Assembly (NCBI GenBank): GCA_903847335.1
Contig: CAINDI010000143.1
Coordinates: forward strand, 9,946 to 73,945
DNA: 64,000 bases
Source: an uncultured Verrucomicrobiota bacterium
Lineage (GTDB): Bacteria > Verrucomicrobiota > Verrucomicrobiia > Palsa-1439
Direction: 5' to 3'
The notes under the pieces were generated by a model that worked only from the letters and a program-made list of their open reading frames with translations, was not told the DNA's origin and searched no databases. The number at the start of each line of letters is the position of its first letter. The stretch's first letter is position 1. Below are positions 38,563-48,678 of the stretch, in pieces. A program made the translations under genes and the position numbers.

Positions 38563-39245
38563 TCGACTTTCCAATTAATGGTTTCTTCAAAAAACTGTAT
38601 GGCCATTGCACGCGACTGGCCTTCCTCGTGGCCGGTATTAGGTTCTACGACTAATTTCCACACTGCACCGGCGGATTGGTTGACGGTAAAAATGTTCCGA
38701 ATATTTGTAATCCGAAACTCGGCGTCATTGGCTCCGATGAAGAAAATTCCAGGTACTTGGCGCGCGGCTGCCGATGCGAGTTGGGTAAAGTAATAGCCGC
38801 CTTTATTCACAACAAATGCCAGCACGCGCTCCGGTTGCCAGCAGGTAAACTCGTAGTTGAACTGACCGCCTGCGGAATGTCCCCACAGCAAAAGTGGTGC
38901 CGTCGCGACTTCCAGATGTTGGGATTGTTCGGAAAATTGCCGTAAGGCTTCGAGTAATGCCGCGCCGCTGCCGGCGCTCGCCCGGCAATATTCTTCGATG
39001 TTCATGTTCTCGTGCGGATGATCTTTAAAATAACAGCCGACGAGTGCGAATTGATGTCGGTGGGCAAAATCCTGCCAGAAAATTTCTGTGACCATTGTCC
39101 GTCCGTCGCCGTTGGAGCCCGGCATCAATACCAGTACGCCGCGACATCTATCCGTTTTAGCCGGTAACCAAAATCGGAAATCTGCTACGGCGTAGTTCTG
39201 ACTGGCCGGTAAGACGACATTCAACTCGGGGGTTTTCATTTCCAA
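38526..39245 (-). CDS. Alpha/beta-hydrolase fold esterase.
   Basis: 239 aa. The nucleophile elbow is GHSAGG, with a downstream His near the C-terminus (NTGHEEG). Confidence 0.65.
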   Translation of the reverse strand: MEMKTPELNVVLPASQNYAVADFRFWLPAKTDRCRGVLVLMPGSNGDGRTMVTEIFWQDFAHRHQFALVGCYFKDHPHENMNIEEYCRASAGSGAALLEALRQFSEQSQHLEVATAPLLLWGHSAGGQFNYEFTCWQPERVLAFVVNKGGYYFTQLASAAARQVPGIFFIGANDAEFRITNIRNIFTVNQSAGAVWKLVVEPNTGHEEGQSRAMAIQFFEETINWKVECTKRFASQSSV

Positions 39246-40216
39246 TGCGGCGCGGTTGACCAGAGAAAGCGTTCCAGCCGTTCGTCAAGTTGCCGGCGTT
39301 CTGCGGCGGCCTCCGGATAATCGGCGTGGCCGGCAGTGAGGATAAACATTTCTTTGGGTCCCGACAAAGCATTGAGCACCGCAAATTGTCCGGGCGGCGG
39401 CACCACGGCATCGGTGAGAGCCGGTGCCACAAAAACCGGAATGCGAATGCGGCGCGCAGCCGTGGCGGCGTCAAAATAAGGTAGAACTTTGCGAACCTCC
39501 GGATGTGTTTGCGCGTATTGCCGGACGATTTCGCCTCTGCCGATACCGGCGATACTTAATCGCAACGGATGATGGCCAAACGTCGGCACTTCCAGATAGG
39601 CGCGTTGATACAGCGGTTCCCACGGCAAAGCCATTGCACCCAATCCACCGCCGAAACTACAACCGTAATAAACAATATTTTCCGCCACTGCCGGTACCAA
39701 CTGCGCCAGCGCTTGAGCGCCCGACCATAACGCAGTCACGCAATGCCGTAAAATATAGGTCTCACGCTGTGCGATGCCATGGAGCACATGCTGGTCTGCC
39801 GTGTCGGGAATTTCTGGTGCGGCGGAAAGGCTGAAACCGGGCGCGTTGACAAAAAGAGTCGCCATGGAACGCTGTGGGAATTCCGGTTCCGTCCGCGCGC
39901 CATATCCGTGACCAATGACAGCCCCGAGTTTGACCGGCTGCGAACGCGGTAGGACGAGCCATGCGCCGACGCGAACACCATCCAAGGTTTTAAAATAAAT
40001 CTCAAACAACCGGTGTTCCGGACTTGGCGATAGCAATTCAGTTTGCGTCAACTCCAGAGGTTGGGCGGCGAATTCCCGACGGGTTGCCTGCCAAAAATTG
40101 TCGAAGTCTACTGGCTCGGATGGAGGTTCAATTTTTAGCAATTCATCAAGTTTAGGAGATGGCACGCTCATAACACTTGCAGATTTAGTCATGGCTCGGC
40201 GTGGTTGCAAGCTCAA
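39236..40216 (-). CDS. Acetyl xylan esterase / cephalosporin-C deacetylase family (CE7, AXE1).
   Basis: 326 aa. N-terminal AXE1 region (DFDNFWQATRREF), the GCSFGGGL nucleophile elbow, and a C-terminal His. The start is uncertain; 40192 or 40171 are internal ATG candidates. Confidence 0.75.
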   Translation of the reverse strand: MSLQPRRAMTKSASVMSVPSPKLDELLKIEPPSEPVDFDNFWQATRREFAAQPLELTQTELLSPSPEHRLFEIYFKTLDGVRVGAWLVLPRSQPVKLGAVIGHGYGARTEPEFPQRSMATLFVNAPGFSLSAAPEIPDTADQHVLHGIAQRETYILRHCVTALWSGAQALAQLVPAVAENIVYYGCSFGGGLGAMALPWEPLYQRAYLEVPTFGHHPLRLSIAGIGRGEIVRQYAQTHPEVRKVLPYFDAATAARRIRIPVFVAPALTDAVVPPPGQFAVLNALSGPKEMFILTAGHADYPEAAAERRQLDERLERFLWSTAPHWK

Positions 40217-43111
40217 TCAAACTCCACACTTGAATTGGGAGCTAATGCCGTTAATCTGCTGGCAGACCAATTTACCAACGTGACCACTCCTGATAACTGG
40301 TTAAAGAATTTCGCCGTACCGGCGACCGACAATCGTCCAATGCCACTCTGGGTTTGGAATGGCGAGGTGAGCGAGGCGCGCATCACTGTCATGCTGGAGC
40401 AAATTGCTGCGCAACATTGCGGTGGCGTTTTTATCCATCCCCGGCCCGGACTCATCACTGAATATCTTTCCGAACGCTGGTTTGAATTGTGGGCCTTTGC
40501 GCTCCGAGAATGCGAACGACTTGGTTTGGAATGTCACATCTACGATGAGAATTCTTTTCCGTCCGGTTTTGCCGGCGGCCATGTGCCGGCTACCGACCCC
40601 AACACCGTTGCGGAGACGATGACCGGCGTTGCCGATGGTCAGTTTGTCCTCAAGAAAGCACCACCGGATCCATTTCATGCCGGCTTCGGTTACGTCGATC
40701 TCGCTCGTCCGGGAACGACAGAATTATTTCTTCAAACCACTCACGCGCAGTATGTCCGCCGCTTTCAAAGTGAATTCGGGAAGCGAATCAAATACGCATT
40801 TACCGATGAACCGGAGCTTTACAGCCGCGATGGTCTCGCGTGGTCGGCACATTTGGCGCAAGAATTTCAGCGCGAACACGGTTACGCACTTACGGACCGG
40901 CTAACTGCATTTGCCGGTACCGACGAATCAGCGTGCGCCGTCCGATTTGATTATTTCTCGACGGCGCAAAGATTGTTCACTGAAAATTTTCTCCAACCGA
41001 TGCACGATTGGTGCGCCGCCCACGAACTCGCATTCACCGGTCACTTCAACGAACACGTCTGGCCGGTGCCGTGCGATGTACCGGACATCATGGCGGCATT
41101 ACGCTGGATGCATGTTCCCGGTAACGACCTACTCGGTTTTCAATTCACACCAACCAACCGCGTGGCTAACGGTGTGCGTCTGTTGAATCTCACTGAGCTT
41201 CGCAGCGTCGCTAACCAACTCGGTCGCGACCGAGTGCTTTGCGAAACCACCGGTGGTGGCGGCTACGGATTTGCGCTCGCCGATGCCAAAGCGCTTGAAG
41301 ATTTTGCCCTCGCCAACGGCGTCAATTTTATTAATCCACACCTCAGTTACGAAACGCTCGCCGGCGCGCGCAAATACGATTGGCCACAAACATTCAGCGA
41401 TCACAGCCCGTGGTGGGATGCCTACCGGTTGAATGCCGACCACACCGCGCGTGTTGTTCACGCTCTCCGGCAAGGCCGCGAACAGAACCGGATTCTCGTG
41501 CTGCAACCCACCACGACCGCGTGGATTCATTACCGTCCACCGTCGTTTAAGTCCGACAAAAAACTCGATCCGGTCATCGCCCAACTCCGCCAATCGCAAA
41601 TCGAATTGGTGCTGGCATTGCACGGTGAACATTTTGATTTTGATCTCGGCGACGAACTAATCATGGCCGAACTTGGCGCGGCGGAAGCCGGTCAGCTGCG
41701 TGTTGGCGAGCGCAATTACGATGTCGTGGTGATACCGGTAGGAATGGAAAACCTGCTCGACAGCACAGCGGCATTGCTACAGCAATTCAAAGAAGCCGGT
41801 GGAAAAATTTTGGTTGCCGGCGAATTGCCGACATTTATGCGCGGTCGAAAGCTTGCCGACACAACGCCGTTCGCCAGTTGGGAACGCTGTGGTTCGACGG
41901 AAAAACTTTTGACGCGACTCCGGCAACTTGTTCCGCCGCGATTTACTGCGCCGGCCGACTGGTGCGTGATGCGGAAGGAATTGCCCGCCGGTGATATTTT
42001 GTATTTCATCGCGAATCCGTGGGACCAAGCGCAACGCGCCACCATTCAGCTCGAAGGTCGCAACGCCGTACTCCTCGACACCGCGACCGGCACGATGTCG
42101 GCGCTAGAAAATTTCGAGTTAGATTTACCGGCTCGCGGACACGCGTTGGTGTTGATGTCACCGGTGGCTGCTCCGGTGAAAGTTCAACCAAAATGGCGCG
42201 GCGCGGAAGTTGGGCCGGTTAGCGTCGAACGGGCGGACGTGAATGTTCTCGCCCTCGACTACTGCGACTTCGGCGTCGAAAAAAGTTTGCCGACGATTGC
42301 GGCGGATTTGAAAAATTGGCAGGCGAATGGTTTTCCGCGTAATATGTGGAGCGTCAGCACTCAGTACAAACAGACAATTCTGGATGCGCCAATCGCTACC
42401 GGTAGCGGTTTCACGGTGCGCTACCGGTTTCATACACTGCAAATGTCGCTGGAATTAGCAGTGGAACGGCCATGGCTGTACCGGATTACCCTGAACGGAA
42501 AACTAGTTTCGTTTGAAGGAGCAAGCCGGTGGTTTGATGAAGACATTCGGCGCGTCAATATCTCTGGCCTTGTCGTCGCTGGCGAAAACATCATCGAGCT
42601 GACGGCGCAGAAGTTCAACGTGCTCTGCGAGATTATGCCGGTTTATCTTTTGGGAAATTTTTCGGTCACGCCGGGGAGTATTGGATTTGTTCTCGAGCCG
42701 GCGCGGCCGCTCGCCTTGGGTGATTGGGTAGGGCAGGGACTACCATTTTATCCGTGGGGTGTGCGGTACCGGATGTCGATTGGTTTGACACAACCAGCCC
42801 GGCAAATCGCGGTGGAATTACCGGAATGGGCCGGCTCTGTTGCGCACATTTATTGGAATGGTACATCGCGTGGTGCTATCGCATTTCCGCCTTACCGGCT
42901 CGAATGGACAGAAGATGTGCCGGTGGGCGAACACGAATTGGTCGTTGAGGTTCGCGGCAATCTTAAAAATTTACTTGGCCCACATTTCAGCGATGGTTTA
43001 CCGGGACCGTGGAGTTGGCAGGCCGCCCCGCAACCGCAACCGGCGGGTAGCCAGTATAAATTTTCGCCAACCGGTCTCCAGAAACCGCCGCGCTGTTGGT
43101 TCGCCTCTTAA
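40205..43111 (+). CDS. Large cytoplasmic glycoside hydrolase with an N-terminal (beta/alpha)8 barrel and C-terminal beta-sandwich domains. Tentatively GH106-like (alpha-L-rhamnosidase-type). Paralog of 52239..55346.
   Basis: 968 aa with no signal peptide. The N-terminal block is PLWVWNGEV...GGVFIHPRPGL...YDENSFPSGFAGG. The C-terminal region (LLGNFSV...GDWVGQGLPFYPWGVRY) is shared with the paralog. The true start may be internal, around 40340. Confidence 0.55.
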   Translation: MQAQSNSTLELGANAVNLLADQFTNVTTPDNWLKNFAVPATDNRPMPLWVWNGEVSEARITVMLEQIAAQHCGGVFIHPRPGLITEYLSERWFELWAFALRECERLGLECHIYDENSFPSGFAGGHVPATDPNTVAETMTGVADGQFVLKKAPPDPFHAGFGYVDLARPGTTELFLQTTHAQYVRRFQSEFGKRIKYAFTDEPELYSRDGLAWSAHLAQEFQREHGYALTDRLTAFAGTDESACAVRFDYFSTAQRLFTENFLQPMHDWCAAHELAFTGHFNEHVWPVPCDVPDIMAALRWMHVPGNDLLGFQFTPTNRVANGVRLLNLTELRSVANQLGRDRVLCETTGGGGYGFALADAKALEDFALANGVNFINPHLSYETLAGARKYDWPQTFSDHSPWWDAYRLNADHTARVVHALRQGREQNRILVLQPTTTAWIHYRPPSFKSDKKLDPVIAQLRQSQIELVLALHGEHFDFDLGDELIMAELGAAEAGQLRVGERNYDVVVIPVGMENLLDSTAALLQQFKEAGGKILVAGELPTFMRGRKLADTTPFASWERCGSTEKLLTRLRQLVPPRFTAPADWCVMRKELPAGDILYFIANPWDQAQRATIQLEGRNAVLLDTATGTMSALENFELDLPARGHALVLMSPVAAPVKVQPKWRGAEVGPVSVERADVNVLALDYCDFGVEKSLPTIAADLKNWQANGFPRNMWSVSTQYKQTILDAPIATGSGFTVRYRFHTLQMSLELAVERPWLYRITLNGKLVSFEGASRWFDEDIRRVNISGLVVAGENIIELTAQKFNVLCEIMPVYLLGNFSVTPGSIGFVLEPARPLALGDWVGQGLPFYPWGVRYRMSIGLTQPARQIAVELPEWAGSVAHIYWNGTSRGAIAFPPYRLEWTEDVPVGEHELVVEVRGNLKNLLGPHFSDGLPGPWSWQAAPQPQPAGSQYKFSPTGLQKPPRCWFAS

Positions 43112-45903
43112 TCGCCGAGACCCAAAAAGGAATGACCGGGCGCAGCTTCGAGGAGAAAGTGCACGGTACCGGCTTCTTTGTTGGAGAGATGGGTTTTCAA
43201 GATACCGTGTTCGGTTTCCAGAGTGGTAACTTGGTTTGTAAGTGGATCGCCGTTAAAATTCAGTGGTGTCAAATGCCAGATTTTGGCACCGGTCTTCAAA
43301 GTGAAGTCGGCGGTGACCGGCTCCATCAGGATTGGTGAGTCCCCTTGTTTGTCGAGCCGGTATCGATCACCGCGTTTGCCGTATTGCTGACCGGTATTGC
43401 GGGTGCGCCCGACGAGAGCGATGTGAATGCTGTGCGACTTATTCACCGGTCGATGGTCGAGACTGGAGAAATGTACGACGCCGTAGGCATCGTTCAAAGT
43501 CGCGGTCAAGCCACCATCCTGGAAGGTTTGATTGGAGAGGAAACCCATCACGCCTTGGGTTTTCGGCGTGTTGATGCGAATAAAACCTTGGTCGTAATTC
43601 CAGATTAATTCACCGGTACTGCTGGTGATGGTTTTAGCTTTTTCATCATGGCACTTCCGGTAGGTTTTTTCATCCCAGACAGCCGGATATTTCTTCGGAT
43701 CAAACGATAATTCGACCCGGCCAATGAACGCCGCCTCCGGTGGGCAAGGAGTGCCACCGAATAGCATGGCGAACTGAGTATCAGATTCCCGGCTTTGCAG
43801 AGTGCGCTTGCGGAGTGGATTGTGCAGTGCGGTTTCATCGAGTGCGTTGCGATAAATAAGCGGTGCAGGTTTGACGTCGCCACGAACATAGAGGTAATGC
43901 GCCAACGGTTCGCAGGCCATTTGCGCTGGATTGTCAAACATTCCGAAAATCGAGTTCAGGAAACCAGCGGAGTCAACATCGTCCACTACGAAATGATGAT
44001 TCGCCGATAAATTTTGAAGCGCACCGTAGGCCGCCATGAATGGGCCGGCTTCGACGGTGTAGTCGTTGGGCCATGGGAATTGCCATTCGGTGCAGGTGAA
44101 TGGTTTGCCGGCGGGTTGCTGGTAAATGAACATGAAGAAATTATCCTTAGGAGATTTTTCAATCGGTAAATTTTCAAAGGTCACGGCGTTGGGCACCCAG
44201 CCGCCGAGCGGATGCAGCCAATAGCTATGTTTACCGGCGAAGTCGAAATTCGCATTGGCGGCTGTCTGGATTTCTTGGAGATAATTCGGACCGCCCCACG
44301 ATGAACCTTGCAACAATGTCCGGCTACCGGTGCTCCGGAGGACATCACGCACTTTGCTGAACCAGTTCACTTCGAGTTCGTAGTAAAATTTAGTCTGATC
44401 GGCGGCGCGATTAACTTCAGCGGGACGGATGTTGGCGAGATTACCAATATTGCGGAGCGCGATGGTTTCCTTGCTCAAGCTTTCGGTGATGAGGTCGAGT
44501 GGGCTGGTCTCATTCGCTACACGCCAAGCAGTCTGTAGTCCGCTATCGTCGCCGTATTTCTTTTTCAGCCAAGCATTCCATAATTCTTGGAGCTTGAGCC
44601 GGTAGCTACTCGGAATGGCATCGGTCGGATAAAAGAACAAGCTACATTCATTGACGACTTTGAACATGTTGAAGGCGGGTTCTTCTGCGTAAGTCCGGCC
44701 AGTATAAGGATTTTTATGTGCCAGAAATTCCCGGAGAAAAGTGAGATACAATTCCTGGTGGCGTTCATCATAAAAATACTGGGTATTGTTTAACCCCGAG
44801 ATTTTATCCGCCTGCTTCACACCGGCGGCTTCAGTCCACAGATGGCTGAAGAGCATGGACGCTTTGATACTGATACCAGCTTTCTGTAGTTCGTTAACGA
44901 AGTAGTCAAATTTATCGAGTCGTTTGAGGTCGAGTTTGTGCGGGTCGGTGCGGTCGCTTTGGAATGTGTCCATCAAGGAGTGGAACCGGACTTGATTGAA
45001 GCCAAACTTGGTGAGCCGGCGGATATAATGTTGTGCGAGCGATTTCGGCGGAAAGAGACTCGCGCCACCGAGGACAACGCCTTGGAAGCGGACGGCTTGG
45101 TCATCGTCAAAGAGCAACCGCTCGCCGTCGGCGTGCAGCCAGCCGGTGCGCGATTTGACAAAACCTTTTTCCCACGCGGCAACGGTGTCTTTATCGTAGT
45201 TGAACTTCAGTGGAAACCAATTCTCTACTCCGGCAGCAACTGGCTTCCAAGTCAGTTGGCCTTGCACCAGTTCCTCCTCCGGTTTATCGCCAAAACTCAC
45301 GCCTAAAACCGCGAGCGATCCACCGGTAAACGTTGATTTGAAAGTTAGACTCGTTACCGCTTTGTTCGGTTGTGTCAGCTTTAGCGGAATCAGATAAACG
45401 CCAATGGTTGCGCCTTGGCCGTTTTGGCCATGCCACGCGACAGTTCCGCGCTCCAGTTCATGCGGCCCCCACCAACCACTGATTCGGTCACCCAAAGTCA
45501 ATGGAATGGATTGTGTTTCGCCACCTTCGTACTGGATATCCACCGTCACCACCACGCCATCACCGCCCCACACATAGGTGGCGAGCAGATAAAGAAATTT
45601 TCCTTTTATCTTTGATACCGTGAGTTTCACTGTCTCCGGTAACGCGGGTAAATTTTTACCGCCGAGCATCAACGCCGCCGGGCCGTTCTCAATAATTGCA
45701 AACGGCACGCCTTTGAAAGTTTGCTGCCCGCGTGGAAATCCCGATAAGCAATTATCTTTGCCTTGACCGGTCCAGCCGGCGCGTTCTACTGAGTCGGTCA
45801 ACTCCCGGTTGGCAACTGAATTCAGTGGTACTGTCACAAATTCGGCGCGAACCACGTTGGTGGTGAGTATCAATAGACAGAAGAGGCGTGTAAAAACTTT
45901 CAT
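43108..45903 (-). CDS. Secreted multidomain glycoside hydrolase with a central clan GH-A (GH5-like) TIM barrel, plus N-terminal and C-terminal beta-rich accessory domains.
   Basis: 931 aa. Signal peptide MKVFTRLFCLLILTTNVVRA. The central region has FNQVRFHS and a VVNE acid/base-like motif. The family assignment is tentative. Confidence 0.5.
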   Translation of the reverse strand: MKVFTRLFCLLILTTNVVRAEFVTVPLNSVANRELTDSVERAGWTGQGKDNCLSGFPRGQQTFKGVPFAIIENGPAALMLGGKNLPALPETVKLTVSKIKGKFLYLLATYVWGGDGVVVTVDIQYEGGETQSIPLTLGDRISGWWGPHELERGTVAWHGQNGQGATIGVYLIPLKLTQPNKAVTSLTFKSTFTGGSLAVLGVSFGDKPEEELVQGQLTWKPVAAGVENWFPLKFNYDKDTVAAWEKGFVKSRTGWLHADGERLLFDDDQAVRFQGVVLGGASLFPPKSLAQHYIRRLTKFGFNQVRFHSLMDTFQSDRTDPHKLDLKRLDKFDYFVNELQKAGISIKASMLFSHLWTEAAGVKQADKISGLNNTQYFYDERHQELYLTFLREFLAHKNPYTGRTYAEEPAFNMFKVVNECSLFFYPTDAIPSSYRLKLQELWNAWLKKKYGDDSGLQTAWRVANETSPLDLITESLSKETIALRNIGNLANIRPAEVNRAADQTKFYYELEVNWFSKVRDVLRSTGSRTLLQGSSWGGPNYLQEIQTAANANFDFAGKHSYWLHPLGGWVPNAVTFENLPIEKSPKDNFFMFIYQQPAGKPFTCTEWQFPWPNDYTVEAGPFMAAYGALQNLSANHHFVVDDVDSAGFLNSIFGMFDNPAQMACEPLAHYLYVRGDVKPAPLIYRNALDETALHNPLRKRTLQSRESDTQFAMLFGGTPCPPEAAFIGRVELSFDPKKYPAVWDEKTYRKCHDEKAKTITSSTGELIWNYDQGFIRINTPKTQGVMGFLSNQTFQDGGLTATLNDAYGVVHFSSLDHRPVNKSHSIHIALVGRTRNTGQQYGKRGDRYRLDKQGDSPILMEPVTADFTLKTGAKIWHLTPLNFNGDPLTNQVTTLETEHGILKTHLSNKEAGTVHFLLEAAPGHSFLGLGD

Positions 45904-46061
45904 TGGATTATCTCCCGAGTTAAGTTGATTTGTTTTTCTCCGGTGGTTCTGATTAGGTCGAGTTTTGTCAGGTTCATCCGGCTACGATTGGATTAGTAGA
46001 AACAGAAACAGACATGGAGCAAATGCAACCATGTCTGTTGCTGGTCTACAGATAGCTTTTA

Positions 46062-46718
46062 TTAATAATAACTTCCGCCGGCCTTGCCTGCTTCCGGTGC
46101 TTTAGCTTCCTCGCCTGGTTTGAGTGTGCCACGCGGTGTGAAGGGTTCCGTTGTTAGACAAAAAACATCAAGCAATCCCCAAGTCGGTGGATTAGCTCCG
46201 GTCTGATGTGCATTTGGTCCGGTGAACTGCACATCCATAATGTAGTTACCTTTTTTGAGATTCACTGCTTCCTGTTTGCTCCATTCAATTGTGCGGTATT
46301 GACCGATTGCAATGCGATCAACCACCGGTACTTCCCAGTCAATTTTCGTCCAGCCTTCTTCTGCACCAGGTGGTTTCACTGGTTTACCGGTGGCATCGAG
46401 TGCCACAAAGCGGATGCGCATTTCACCCATATTTGCACAGTAACCATGACGGAGATAGATAAAGTATGAGCCATCTTCTGAAATGGTTACTTTGTAAAGG
46501 AGGAAGGCCGGATTTGGTAAGCTTTCCCGGTTATCTGCTTGACCAGCAAAAGCATCGCCGGCGCTCAACAGTTTTGGATTATCGCCTTTTGCCCATGGGT
46601 TTTGCGGCATATTCGACTTGTAAGTAGTCTCGGCTTCGATCCAGACAAAGGCTGCTTGAACTGCGACCAGCGGCAAGAACATCGCCGCAATGACGGATGT
46701 GATAATGCGTATTTTCAT
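46062..46718 (-). CDS. Secreted hypothetical protein, with a possible beta-sandwich carbohydrate-binding-like fold.
   Basis: 218 aa. Signal peptide (MKIRIITSVIAAMFLPLVAVQA). The C-terminus is Gly/Lys/Ala-rich. Sits in lower-GC DNA. Confidence 0.4.
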   Translation of the reverse strand: MKIRIITSVIAAMFLPLVAVQAAFVWIEAETTYKSNMPQNPWAKGDNPKLLSAGDAFAGQADNRESLPNPAFLLYKVTISEDGSYFIYLRHGYCANMGEMRIRFVALDATGKPVKPPGAEEGWTKIDWEVPVVDRIAIGQYRTIEWSKQEAVNLKKGNYIMDVQFTGPNAHQTGANPPTWGLLDVFCLTTEPFTPRGTLKPGEEAKAPEAGKAGGSYY

Positions 46719-46804
46719 AGTGACGAAATTTTATTTACTTTTACCAGAGTGTCAAGCCTGTTTTTACCATTGAGTTGCAATCGCCTTGCAAGTTTGCCGC
46801 CACC

Positions 46805-47884
46805 ATGCAATATACCTATTATCAAATGGGTATTCGTGCGAAAACTTCACACGCTCATGCGCCGATTACGCAAACGACCATTGCTCAACTCACCGGAGTC
46901 TCACAAGGCGTAGTCAGTGCGGTGCTCAATGAGAATTTTACCAAGATTCGCGTCGCCCCGGCAGTCCAGCAACGAGTGCGGAACAAGGCGCAAGCGCTCG
47001 GCTATCGTATTAATGCCGGTGCGCGAGCCATGCGCACTCGCCGGTACTTCAATGTTGGCTACTTCCTCGCGAATACTCCGGGCACGATGGCGGAGATTGA
47101 TTTTCCAGAATTCCGTGCCGGCGCGTATGATGCCGCTGTGGCTCAAGATTACCATGTGTCCCTGATCCGTTTACCTTCCACAGTCCGAGGTGAAATCAAT
47201 CCCATTCCCAAGGCATTTCGCGAAGCGCATTTAGACGCATTGGTCATCAACCAAATGGGCGGCGGATTCACGACGGAACTGCACCGGAGCATCCTCGCAA
47301 GCGGTTTTCCGGTGGTGTATCTGAACGACAAGCAGCCGACCAACGCTTTATATTTCGACGATTTCAAGAGTGCGCAACTGCTGACAGAACATCTCATCAA
47401 ACAAGGGTACCGGCGGATTCAATATCTCGCGGAGCCAGTTGCTGAATCGCGACACTACAGCACAATGGATCGCCGCGAAGGATATATGGCGACCATGACT
47501 GCCCACGGATTGACGCCGACTTTTCAAACGCTCGATCCAGATGCGCCGCGTGACGAATTGATTCGCTGGTTGCGCGGTGCGCAAAAACCGGAGGCAATTT
47601 TCTGTAGTCGCGACCGCGATGCCTTGCTCTTGCAAACGTATGCCTATGCGGCCGGGTTGAGGATTCCTGAAGATCTCGCCGTCGCCAGTGGTAGCAACGA
47701 ACGCCGTCTCGACGACTATTTTATTGTGCCGCTAACAACAATGATTCCACCCCGGTACGAAATGGCCACTGCGGCAATTAAGATGGTGCTTTCGATGGTT
47801 GGAACCAATGTATCACATACCCAACCGGCAATCGATTTTACGGCGGAATTACGGGTCGGCGCATCTACTCCGGAGCGCGCATGA
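46805..47884 (+). CDS. LacI-family transcriptional regulator: N-terminal HTH plus periplasmic-binding-protein-like sugar sensor domain.
   Basis: HTH is [22 protein letters not shown]. The C-terminal portion is a type-I PBP fold. Confidence 0.75.
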   Translation: MQYTYYQMGIRAKTSHAHAPITQTTIAQLTGVSQGVVSAVLNENFTKIRVAPAVQQRVRNKAQALGYRINAGARAMRTRRYFNVGYFLANTPGTMAEIDFPEFRAGAYDAAVAQDYHVSLIRLPSTVRGEINPIPKAFREAHLDALVINQMGGGFTTELHRSILASGFPVVYLNDKQPTNALYFDDFKSAQLLTEHLIKQGYRRIQYLAEPVAESRHYSTMDRREGYMATMTAHGLTPTFQTLDPDAPRDELIRWLRGAQKPEAIFCSRDRDALLLQTYAYAAGLRIPEDLAVASGSNERRLDDYFIVPLTTMIPPRYEMATAAIKMVLSMVGTNVSHTQPAIDFTAELRVGASTPERA

Positions 47885-48678
47885 TACTAAAAAAAACAAT
47901 CTGCCAAAGCTCATTCACTTTAATCGAGCTACTAGTGGTAATCGCGATAATTGCCATTCTAGCTGGATTATTACTGCCATCTCTTGTTACAGCGCGAGAC
48001 AAGGCTAAGCAAATTTCTTGTGTTAACAATCTCCGTCAAATCAGTCTGATCACGAGCCAATATCAGAATGACTATAATGGTTATTTACCGGCGGCGCAGG
48101 ATGCAAATGGTATTGGAACCAATAGTAATGTCTGTAATGGTCCGGCAAGCGTACAGCTCCAATTTTATACTGCCGGGGTCGCTAGTGGATTCAATGGCAG
48201 CTTGAGTACCCGGATGCGATCGTTTTACTGTCCTGTCGATCGTCGAAAGAATCGCATACTTGCTTTAGCAACCAGCCAAACTGAAGACATGCGTGATGTG
48301 AGCTATGGTGCCAATGGCAACTGTTGGTCAAAAACAGGTGGCAACACTTACATTGCAATTCGGCCAGAAAGTGTGAATCCTAAAAATGGCGGGTTGAGCG
48401 ATGTCATTATGTTCGGAGAGTATGACAATGGTAGTACAAGTACTTCATACGGCCAGTCGACCGGGGTTCAATTTTTAAACGACACTAATTCCTCATTCGC
48501 GACTGCAACAACTTCCAGCTTGGGAACATATGTTCAGTGGTATCTAACTTTTCGGCACAACCAGATAAAAGGCATGAATCTTTTATATTTCGACAGCCAT
48601 GTTGGTTTTGTTCCTGACTACTCGAATATCAGTGCCGGAGTGGGTTTAGCCAGCCTGCTTGGGGGTTTTTACCAGTAA
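47881..48678 (+). CDS. DUF1559-type protein: prepilin-like N-terminal cleavage/methylation helix plus a C-terminal H-X9-DG-like domain (PVC-superphylum pseudopilin-like family).
   Basis: [22 protein letters not shown] is a class III signal/pilin N-terminus. The downstream [10 protein letters not shown] and the C-terminal [21 protein letters not shown] are typical of DUF1559. GC is low (about 40%). Confidence 0.75.
   Translation: MILKKTICQSSFTLIELLVVIAIIAILAGLLLPSLVTARDKAKQISCVNNLRQISLITSQYQNDYNGYLPAAQDANGIGTNSNVCNGPASVQLQFYTAGVASGFNGSLSTRMRSFYCPVDRRKNRILALATSQTEDMRDVSYGANGNCWSKTGGNTYIAIRPESVNPKNGGLSDVIMFGEYDNGSTSTSYGQSTGVQFLNDTNSSFATATTSSLGTYVQWYLTFRHNQIKGMNLLYFDSHVGFVPDYSNISAGVGLASLLGGFYQ

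Noticed and set aside
45904-46061. Inverted repeat cagacatg-N13-catgtctg (~46003-46031) in the intergenic region between two minus-strand genes, considered as a possible ncRNA.
   Set aside because: On the minus strand it reads as a stem-loop followed by TTTCTGTTTCT. It is best explained as the intrinsic terminator of the 46062..46718 gene.
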